Shown here: one piece after another, positions 56,879-64,000 of the stretch
Numbering within the stretch: position 1 is the first letter of the stretch
How the letters are laid out: every line of letters begins with the position of its first letter
From: Nanobdellota archaeon
GTDB lineage: Archaea; Nanobdellota; Nanobdellia; Pacearchaeales; GW2011-AR1
Reading direction: 5' to 3'
Length of the DNA: 64,000 nucleotides
Assembly: GCA_027334715.1 (NCBI GenBank)
Contig: DAHWUG010000001.1
Location: 15,324 to 79,323, forward strand
Notes under the pieces: model-generated
Seen by the model: the letters and a program-made list of their open reading frames with translations, nothing else
What the model was told of the DNA's origin: nothing
Database searches by the model: none
Translations under genes and position numbers: made by a program

Positions 56879-58546
56879 ATGAAAAGAGAGGTTAGCATTT
56901 CAATATTTGCGGTTATTCTCCTTATTGTGTCTGTTTTCATGATTTCTTATCTTGGAGTTAAGCCGACAGGCTTTGCAATTTTTCAACAGCAGACCCAAAC
57001 TGACTTCAATTCTGGAAACTATACAAATACAATCTACAACGGCAGCGCTGTTGTTCTGGCTGCAAACCAGACAACAGGAGTATATACATCCGGGATTTTT
57101 AATGCAGTAAACATTTCAACATTGAACAATCTAACTTGGCAAGGCAGCGGAAATTTGACATTTGAAGTAAAGAACTGCTCTGCTCCAGACTGTTCTGGCG
57201 GGAGTTTCACATCTGTTAATTTGAGTAATATAAACATAACAGGACAATATTTCCAGTATCAAGTTTTTCTCACGGCAAATTCAAGCAGCCAAAGCTTGAG
57301 TAGTGTTGCATTAGATTATACTCAAATATCTAATTTGACAAATCAAACCAACCAAACAAATCAAACCAACCAAACAAATCAAATTATTCCGACATCTGCA
57401 GTTGTTTATAATCCTGCAGGAATCTTCACCTCAAATTCAGTACCTATAAATTTCACAGCAAATGGAACTGCAGATATTACCTGCTGGTATAATGTCATGA
57501 ATTCAACAGGAATGAGTATTATTACAGGGAATACAACACTTTCATCATGCGTAAATACAACACTAAGTGGCTTATCCAATGGGAATTATTTATTCAATTT
57601 ATACTTAAATGGCTCTTCTGGATTTTATTCAACATCTTCTACATTTACAATTTCTTTACCATCCCAGAATAATAATCAAAGCACAACAAATCAGACACTA
57701 ATACCACCACAACAAAACCAGACAGTAAACTCAACGCCAACGCAACCAACTATACAGCAGACCGTCGGCGTTTCAATATCAGATATTCCGCAACAGAACT
57801 TAAATGAGGATGGAACAGGAAAAGTTGCAGTTTCTGTGCAGAACACAGGTACAACTGATTTAACAGGATGTGTATTGGGTAGTGATAGTCCTGATTGGGC
57901 AAGCGTTTCAACAGGGAGCCAAGGAATAAAAGGAGGAGCAACTGCTTCTTATGATGTTTCCATAAATGTTCCTTTAAGGTCAGATGTTGGCGCACATAAT
58001 ATAGGATTGACTTTGACATGCTCTGAAGCAACAGCAACAAAGACGCTTACAATAAATGTCATCAAAACACAACTAGGGTTTAATTTAACAAGCATAAGCA
58101 GAACAAGCCCTAGGACAGTAAAACTGATATATTCACTCGCTGAACTTGCAAATCAGACACAGAATGTTACAATAAATTTTGACTTGCTTGACTCGAGCAA
58201 TACAATAGTTTCAAACTTGTCCCAGAGCATAAACTTAAGCGCTGGAACAATAAAATATTTCACAGCAAACCTTCCGATAAACAGCACATCTCCATTGTTC
58301 AAGAACATGTCGCAAAATGTTTCATTGACCTTGAAGACAGACTATAACTCACCAATTTACTCTGGAGAACTTTTAAAGACAATTGTGCTTGGTGCACCCA
58401 TATCAGGAGGATTCTTGAGTGGATTTGCAATACTCGGTGAAGGCTCTGGCAGTATTATCATAGCAGTAATTGTAGTTTTAGTAATTGTTATTGTGTTCTT
58501 TGTTGCCAGAAAAGTCATAAAACCACGAAAGTCACGAAAGAAATAA
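56879..58546 (+). CDS. N-glycosylated cell-surface protein with NQT repeat linker and C-terminal TM anchor
   Basis: 555 aa; signal peptide, TNQTNQTNQTNQTNQ tract, C-terminal TM followed by RKVIKPRKSRKK. Confidence 0.6.
   Translation: MKREVSISIFAVILLIVSVFMISYLGVKPTGFAIFQQQTQTDFNSGNYTNTIYNGSAVVLAANQTTGVYTSGIFNAVNISTLNNLTWQGSGNLTFEVKNCSAPDCSGGSFTSVNLSNINITGQYFQYQVFLTANSSSQSLSSVALDYTQISNLTNQTNQTNQTNQTNQIIPTSAVVYNPAGIFTSNSVPINFTANGTADITCWYNVMNSTGMSIITGNTTLSSCVNTTLSGLSNGNYLFNLYLNGSSGFYSTSSTFTISLPSQNNNQSTTNQTLIPPQQNQTVNSTPTQPTIQQTVGVSISDIPQQNLNEDGTGKVAVSVQNTGTTDLTGCVLGSDSPDWASVSTGSQGIKGGATASYDVSINVPLRSDVGAHNIGLTLTCSEATATKTLTINVIKTQLGFNLTSISRTSPRTVKLIYSLAELANQTQNVTINFDLLDSSNTIVSNLSQSINLSAGTIKYFTANLPINSTSPLFKNMSQNVSLTLKTDYNSPIYSGELLKTIVLGAPISGGFLSGFAILGEGSGSIIIAVIVVLVIVIVFFVARKVIKPRKSRKK
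57341..57385 (+). repeat. 18-nt tandem repeat (AATCAAACCAACCAAACA, about 2.5 copies) encoding (NQT)n
   Basis: read directly in the sequence. Confidence 0.7.
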
Positions 58547-58597
58547 TCCATAATTTTAAATATCTATTTGTAGTGCCTAATACACCTTACAATTAAT

Positions 58598-60286
58598 ATG
58601 GCATTTATAGTCAAGAAAAAGATTCATGAAAAAGAGTATTATTATCTTAATGAAAACAAGAGGGTTCCTAAAACAGGCAAGGTAAAGACAAGGACTATTG
58701 CATATCTTGGGAAAAACAGGAAAAATGCAGAGAAAAAAGCAAAAGAGATTTTAGATAAAAAAATATTTTCTGAAAATATCAAGGAAGAGATCAAAGAAGA
58801 AAAAAATATAGCTGTTGCAGAAAATAAAGACACTGGAACAACAAAAATTTCAATAGAAGATCTTGCAGCTTTCTGCAAGAGGAAAGGCTTTGTCTACCCA
58901 TCAGGAGAAATCTATGGGGGGCTTGCAGGATTCTGGGATTTTGGCTCGCTCGGAACAGAACTGAAGAATAATATAAAAAAACAGTGGTGGAAATTCCATG
59001 TTTCACAACGCGAGGATATCGTTGGCATTGACGGCTCAATAATAACAAATCCAAAAGTTTGGGAAGCATCAGGTCATACAGAAAGCTTTATCGACGTTGC
59101 AGTTGTTAATAAAAAAACAAAGGAAAAATTCAAAGTTGATAAATTTGAATTGGAGAAATACAAAAACAATCCTTTGTTTGAAATTAAAGGTGAATTTAAT
59201 CCAATGTTTACAACAACTGTCGGACCTGTTGTTTCTGAATCAATAAAAACATATTTAAGGCCAGAGACAGCCCAGCTTATCTTCGCAGATTTCAAGACAG
59301 TTTACGAAAATTCCAGGCTGAAACTTCCATGTGGAATAGCGCAGATTGGAAAAACATTTAGGAATGAGATTGCACCGAGGGATTTTCTTTTCAGAAGCAG
59401 GGAATTTGAGCAGATGGAGATTGAGTATTTCATAAAAAAAGACATGAAATGCCCATACAAAATCCCTGATGAAGAAGTCCTCGTTTTTTCAGCAGAATTA
59501 CAGAATAAGAATGCAGAACCGATAAAAATGAAGATTGAAGACGCACTTAAAAAAGGAATAATAAAAAAAGAATGGCATGCTTACTGGCTTGCTACAGAAA
59601 TAAAATGGTTTAAGGAACTGGGAGCAAATCCTAAAAATTTCAGGATAAGGCAGCATATGAAAGAGGAATTATCCCATTATTCAACAGACACATGGGATCT
59701 GGAATATAACTTCCCTTTCGGATGGAGAGAGCTTGAAGGAATTGCTGACAGGGGAAATTTTGATTTAAGCCAGCATGAAAAAAACTCAGGAAAAGACTTA
59801 AAAATTTTTGATGAAGAAAGCAAAGAAAGAATTCTTCCAGAGGTTATTTGTGAGCCAAGCCTGGGGGTAGAGAGGGCATTTCTTGTTTTCATGCTTGATT
59901 CCTATTTTTTTGATAATGAAAGGCAGAACATTTTATTGAAACTTCATCCTAAACTTTCACCGATAAAAGCAGCTGTTTTTCCCATAGTAAAAGGGGAAAA
60001 GTTCGAGAAAATTTCTGAAGAAGTTGTTGAACAGCTAAGAAAAGAATGGAATATTCTTTATGACAAGTCTGGAAGTATTGGAAGAAGATATGCAAGAAAT
60101 GATGAAATCGGGACTCCTTTCTGCATTACGATTGACGGAGAATCTTTGAAGGAAAAAGATGTTACAATAAGAGATAGGGACACAAAAAAACAGATAAGGG
60201 TGAAAATTTCAGAGCTTAATGGGATTTTGTCAAAATTAATCGAAAGAGAGATAAAATTCGAAAAAGCCGGCAAACTTTTTCCGTGA
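58598..60286 (+). CDS. glyS: glycyl-tRNA synthetase (archaeal/eukaryal class II) with a Lys-rich N-terminal extension of about 85 aa
   Basis: motif 2 FRNEIAPRDFLFRSREFEQMEIEYF; anticodon-binding domain at the C-terminus. Confidence 0.85.
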   Translation: MAFIVKKKIHEKEYYYLNENKRVPKTGKVKTRTIAYLGKNRKNAEKKAKEILDKKIFSENIKEEIKEEKNIAVAENKDTGTTKISIEDLAAFCKRKGFVYPSGEIYGGLAGFWDFGSLGTELKNNIKKQWWKFHVSQREDIVGIDGSIITNPKVWEASGHTESFIDVAVVNKKTKEKFKVDKFELEKYKNNPLFEIKGEFNPMFTTTVGPVVSESIKTYLRPETAQLIFADFKTVYENSRLKLPCGIAQIGKTFRNEIAPRDFLFRSREFEQMEIEYFIKKDMKCPYKIPDEEVLVFSAELQNKNAEPIKMKIEDALKKGIIKKEWHAYWLATEIKWFKELGANPKNFRIRQHMKEELSHYSTDTWDLEYNFPFGWRELEGIADRGNFDLSQHEKNSGKDLKIFDEESKERILPEVICEPSLGVERAFLVFMLDSYFFDNERQNILLKLHPKLSPIKAAVFPIVKGEKFEKISEEVVEQLRKEWNILYDKSGSIGRRYARNDEIGTPFCITIDGESLKEKDVTIRDRDTKKQIRVKISELNGILSKLIEREIKFEKAGKLFP

Positions 60287-60589
60287 TTTTTGTTTCCCGT
60301 CGGTGAACTTTAAAAAAATTCTACAAGTTTTCCCAAAAAACAGAAAAAAATGAAAAGTTTTTTAAATAAATAATTCCTAATACTAATAATTAAAAAGAGG
60401 TTTTGATCTGTAAAAAGAAAAAATGGCAAAAAAGAAAGCAAAGAAAAAGAAAAAAAGATAAGAACTTTAATATTTTATTTTTTATCTTTTTTTAATTTAT
60501 ACCCAATACAATTTATTGATTTTTGACCCTTACCCGATATTTTTGAAATGAAAAGATTATTAAGTTATCCTAATGATAATTTTAAAATA

Positions 60590-60732
60590 TGGCTCTGAGG
60601 AGAATTTAACTCCCGACCTCGGCCTTTCTCAATTTCCTACTTGCTCATATGCTAAAAACAGGAAGTTTTCGTGAGTGTATTTGAACAAGCTCAAATCCAT
60701 GAGAGCCGCGCTCTAACACTGAGCTACAGAGC
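60590..60732 (-). tRNA. tRNA with CAU anticodon (Met, or possibly Ile2) carrying an intron of about 70 nt
   Basis: acceptor GGCTCTG/CAGAGCC, D arm GCTC/GAGC, anticodon stem CGGCT, CTCAT then intron then GGCCG, T arm GGGAG-TTAAATT-CTCCT; exact splice site uncertain. Confidence 0.65.
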
Positions 60733-60797
60733 CGAGAATAAAAAAGATAATTGATTTAAAAGGTTTGAGGTCAAACAGGTTAAATAAATAGAAATCT

Positions 60798-60995
60798 TTA
60801 CTGCAGCGCTTTTTTTGCAGCTTCCCTTCTTTTCAATCTGGATAAATATCCTGCAACCTGGTTCCTAATCTTTTTGCTGGGCATTGTATTACCAAGGGCT
60901 TTTTTGTTTGCCTCAAAATCAGGATTAAACTCTATTCCACGCTTCACTAGCTCTTCTGCAGAACGTTTAATCATTTTTGACTTTATTTTTCCCAT
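60798..60995 (-). CDS. rps17e: ribosomal protein S17e
   Basis: MGKIKSKMIKRSAEELV...PSKKIRNQVAGYLSRL. Confidence 0.8.
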   Translation of the reverse strand: MGKIKSKMIKRSAEELVKRGIEFNPDFEANKKALGNTMPSKKIRNQVAGYLSRLKRREAAKKALQ

Positions 60996-61046
60996 TTTTC
61001 CTGTTTTTCTTATTAATCTCTCTTTTTTGCAAGTTTTTAAAGATTT

Positions 61047-62057
61047 TTATTTGAGTTTTTCTATGGAAGAAAGATTTTTGATTGCTTCTATAAGATTATC
61101 TAGTTTTTTCAGTGTTCCCCCTTGTCCTAGAATTATATATGGCATTCCCACATCAGAGGATTTTTTTGCTGCATTTATTATTTCATTTTCAGTAATTTTG
61201 CTCTTGTTATACGCAATCAGCAGCTTGTTTTCCCCCTTGTCCTTGATTTTAAGAATAATTTCTTTTTTGCCGAAACTTTCAATGTCTATAAGATCTATTG
61301 AATTTTTTGAGAGAAATTCCTTTATACTTGCAAAAAACTTGTCATCTTTTTTGGCTGGCTTTTTCTTTTTTAGGGAAAGTGTTTTTAATTTTACTTTTTC
61401 TTTTCTTGCTGGTCTTTCATGTTTTTCTTCGGCACTTTTTTCTTCACTTATCTCATTTGTTATGGGAGTCATTATTACGGACTTTTCTTCTTTAACTTCA
61501 ATAAAAGGCTCTTTTTCTTTTATTGGTTGAATTAAAATTGGTCTTTCTTCCTTTAATGTTTCAGGTTTTGTAAATTTGAACTCTGAAATTTTGAATTCTG
61601 ACTCAGGCACAAGATAATATCTCCATACGACTTCATCACCAACACTGAAAGGAAGTGCGAAATCTCTTATTTCCCTAAGGGCAACTCTTATTGCCGGGCT
61701 TTGCTCTCTATCTCTCAGGAACTTTTTTTCCCGAAGCAATAAAAATGCATCTTTTTCCCTGCTTTTAAGAAATTGAGAAAACTTTTCCAGGGATGTTTCC
61801 TGGCCCGGAAGGTAATATACTGGTGAGCTTCCCACCCTCATATAACTTATTTTGACTATTTTTTCAGATGCCAGCTCAGACAGAAAAGCAGATGCGAAAA
61901 GAATTGTCAATCCGATTTCTTTTGAGATATTAACAGGAATGCTTGGTCCCCTTCTCATCAGTATGGAAACAATCCTATTTTTTATCTGGGCAGCGTCTTC
62001 AGGCATAATTGTCAGAGAAACATTGAAGTTATAAATTTTCTTGTGATTTAAAAACAA
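61047..62057 (-). CDS. tandem winged-helix DNA-binding protein (TrmB/TFIIE-alpha/Rpc34-like) with Lys-rich linker and a C-terminal domain of unknown function
   Basis: two wHTH units (IVSILMRRGPSIPVNISKEIGLT..., AFLLLREKKFLRDREQSPAIRVALREI); the start may be MPEDAAQ at 62006. Confidence 0.45.
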   Translation of the reverse strand: MFLNHKKIYNFNVSLTIMPEDAAQIKNRIVSILMRRGPSIPVNISKEIGLTILFASAFLSELASEKIVKISYMRVGSSPVYYLPGQETSLEKFSQFLKSREKDAFLLLREKKFLRDREQSPAIRVALREIRDFALPFSVGDEVVWRYYLVPESEFKISEFKFTKPETLKEERPILIQPIKEKEPFIEVKEEKSVIMTPITNEISEEKSAEEKHERPARKEKVKLKTLSLKKKKPAKKDDKFFASIKEFLSKNSIDLIDIESFGKKEIILKIKDKGENKLLIAYNKSKITENEIINAAKKSSDVGMPYIILGQGGTLKKLDNLIEAIKNLSSIEKLK

Positions 62058-62576
62058 TCAGGGTTTTAACCATCTAACTTCATAATAACTGACATCGCCT
62101 TCTTCATCAAGAATTGCCAGAAGAAGGTTTTTCTTTGTTGAATGTGCCACCCTGTTTTTAGCAGAGAATTCATGCCATGTGAACTTTCCTGATTCATGGT
62201 CTGCGAAGACAATCCATTTTGCATGTTCTTCTCCTGGTTGGAAACCCCTGTCATAAACCCTGAAATCAGCCCCAAATTTCAACGCTGTTTTGACAGTATA
62301 GCCCTTTTCCCTAAGATCTTTGAAAATAGGATATTTAATGCTCATTCTTTTGTCAGAAGAATTAGCCTTTTTCATAAGCTCACGGAAATTTAGCTCTTTT
62401 GTTTTGAAAAATACCTTCATTCTGCCTTTTTCAGCCAAGAACAGAGATTCAGTCATTGAATATTGTACTTTTTCTCCAACAGGCTGTCCAAAGCCGCTTT
62501 TTCTGTAAAGAGAGAAAGCATCCTGTGAATTGCTTGAAACAGAATTGCCTACTAGATATGCATGAATCTTTTCCAT
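62058..62576 (-). CDS. endA: tRNA-splicing endonuclease
   Basis: 172 aa; KDLREKGYTVKTALKFGADFRVYDRG and HAKWIV catalytic region. Confidence 0.8.
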   Translation of the reverse strand: MEKIHAYLVGNSVSSNSQDAFSLYRKSGFGQPVGEKVQYSMTESLFLAEKGRMKVFFKTKELNFRELMKKANSSDKRMSIKYPIFKDLREKGYTVKTALKFGADFRVYDRGFQPGEEHAKWIVFADHESGKFTWHEFSAKNRVAHSTKKNLLLAILDEEGDVSYYEVRWLKP

Positions 62577-62649
62577 TGTTAAACAAACATACCTGATTTT
62601 TTAAAGTTATTCAGTAAACAATATAAACTTTATTTTTTATGGTAATAAT

Positions 62650-64000
62650 ATGACAAAAGAAAATTATGACTTTATGAGAATAGAGAAAAAATGGCAGAAA
62701 AAATGGGAAGAGAAAGGGATTTTCCATGCTAAAGAAGGAAAGAAAAAAAAGTTTTACTCGCTTGACATGTTTCCTTATCCTTCTGGAGAAGGTCTTCATA
62801 TGGGCCATGCCTTTGTTTTTTCATTAGGAGATATTTTTGCCAGATTCAAGAGACTTCAGGGATACAATGTCCTTTACCCTGTTGGCTATGATTCGCTTGG
62901 ATTGCCTGCTGAGAATGCGGCGATAAAAGTAGGAATCCACCCGGAGGAGTACACAAAAAAATCCATTGCCAATTTCATGAAGCAGGAGAAAGCAATGGGC
63001 TGGAGCTATGACTGGTCAAGGATGCTTAAAACATCTGACCCTAATTACTATAAGTGGGACCAATGGATATTTCTGAAATTGTTTGAAAAAGGTCTTGCCT
63101 ACAGGAAAAAATCACCTGTAAACTGGTGCCCAAAATGCCAGACAGTTCTTGCAAACGAACAGGTTGTTTCAGGAAAATGCTGGAGACATGAAGATACAAG
63201 GGTTGAGTTAAGGCATCTTGAGCAGTGGTTTCTTAAAATTACAGATTATGCAGAAGAGCTCCTTTCTGGACTTGATAAAATTGACTGGCCGCAGAGAGCA
63301 AAATTAATACAAAGAAACTGGATAGGACGAAGCGAAGGAACAGAGATTTTATTCGAAATAAACAAAGAAAAATGGCCAATATTCACAACAAGACCTGATA
63401 CTATATTTGGCGTGACTTTTATGGTTGTCTCTGCACAGCACCCAAAGCTTATTGAACTTGTTACAGACAAGCAGAAAAAAGAAGTTGAGAAATTTCTGAA
63501 TAAAATAAAATCTGTAAGCGAGAAAGAAATGGAAGAGATGGAGAAAGAAGGAGTTTTTACTGGAAGCTATGCAATAAATCCTATGAACAATGAGCAAATT
63601 CCAATTTATGCAGGAAATTTTGTTGTTGCTGACTATGGAAGCGGAATGGTAATGTCTGTTCCTGCCCATGACCAAAGAGATTTTGAATTTGCAAAAAAAT
63701 ACAAACTTCCTATAAAACAGGTCATTTCAGGAGGAGATGTAAAGAAAGAAGCTTATACAGAAGCAGGAATTTTAAAAAATTCAGGAGAATTCAACGGGCT
63801 CTCAAGCGAAGAGGCAAGAGAGCACATAACAAAAGTCCTTGAATTCAGAAAAATCGGAAAGAAAAAAATCCAGTACAAGCTAAGGGATTGGCTTATTTCA
63901 AGGCAGAGATACTGGGGAGCACCTATACCAATAATTTACTGTAATAAATGCGGAGTTGTTCCTGTGTCAGAAAAAAATCTTCCTATAAAGCTACCTGAAA
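62650..64000 (+). CDS. leuS: leucyl-tRNA synthetase, bacterial-type, partial (continues past the window end)
   Basis: FPYPSGEGLHMGH (HIGH), CP1 editing motifs NWIGRSEG and TTRPDTIFG. Confidence 0.85.
   Translation, partial: MTKENYDFMRIEKKWQKKWEEKGIFHAKEGKKKKFYSLDMFPYPSGEGLHMGHAFVFSLGDIFARFKRLQGYNVLYPVGYDSLGLPAENAAIKVGIHPEEYTKKSIANFMKQEKAMGWSYDWSRMLKTSDPNYYKWDQWIFLKLFEKGLAYRKKSPVNWCPKCQTVLANEQVVSGKCWRHEDTRVELRHLEQWFLKITDYAEELLSGLDKIDWPQRAKLIQRNWIGRSEGTEILFEINKEKWPIFTTRPDTIFGVTFMVVSAQHPKLIELVTDKQKKEVEKFLNKIKSVSEKEMEEMEKEGVFTGSYAINPMNNEQIPIYAGNFVVADYGSGMVMSVPAHDQRDFEFAKKYKLPIKQVISGGDVKKEAYTEAGILKNSGEFNGLSSEEAREHITKVLEFRKIGKKKIQYKLRDWLISRQRYWGAPIPIIYCNKCGVVPVSEKNLPIKLPE

Noticed and set aside
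60420-60458. Tiny ORF MAKKKAKKKKKR upstream of the CAU tRNA
   Set aside because: Only 12 codons in an A-rich tract; resemblance to L41e-type basic peptides is superficial, with no conserved R/K spacing.
60590-60732. C/D-box sRNA inside the 70-nt tRNA intron
   Set aside because: Searched the intron for RUGAUGA and CUGA boxes; only a weak ATGAGCA was present, so no confident C/D sRNA call.
1-64000. CRISPR arrays, rRNA genes, integrases or transposases
   Set aside because: Looked for regularly spaced direct repeats, 16S/23S-like GC-rich blocks and DDE or tyrosine-recombinase motifs; none were seen. The only mobile-type gene is the LAGLIDADG endonuclease.

Overview
Low-GC archaeal chromosome segment, probably from a small-genome DPANN-type lineage. 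The archaeal assignment rests on the genes present: radA, tfb, aIF2-alpha, nop10, aEF-1beta, ribosomal proteins L44e/S3Ae/S8e/S17e/S15, an Sm protein, tRNA splicing endonuclease endA, and seven tRNAs of which three carry introns.

Housekeeping content includes SRP54 and FtsY side by side, aPGM, RNase Z, GlyRS, a bacterial-type LeuRS, a GINS subunit plus a RecJ-like DHH nuclease, RPA, an EndoQ-like protein, Bud32, a MinD-like ATPase, MscL and a VKOR-family protein.

Two accessory regions stand out.

1. 4.2-15.7 kb: a complete archaeal type IV pilus locus. It has a secretion ATPase, a FlaJ/TadC membrane platform, at least 10 small pilin-like genes with class III signal peptides, and an A24 prepilin peptidase. 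A SAM-dependent methyltransferase is embedded in the same operon.

2. 35-58 kb: cell-surface islands sitting next to tRNA genes.
- A pilin-signal 634-aa protein is co-transcribed with a 2385-aa secreted giant whose C-terminus carries a family-1 lytic transglycosylase (SLT) domain. This is a murein-cleaving fold that an archaeon has no use for on its own envelope, so it is a candidate host- or prey-directed weapon.
- A cluster of heavily N-glycosylated, TM-anchored surface proteins follows. It shows mosaic near-identical stretches of about 50-125 bp between neighbouring genes (gene conversion). One member is a 1411-aa giant with a cytoplasmic tail holding two HTH-like repeats.

Smaller items: a free-standing LAGLIDADG homing endonuclease that runs into tRNA-Leu, a homopolymer frameshift in an alpha/beta hydrolase, a split Hef helicase/nuclease, and (NQT)n-encoding tandem repeats in a surface protein gene.

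All calls come from reading the sequence and the ORF translations. No database search was run.
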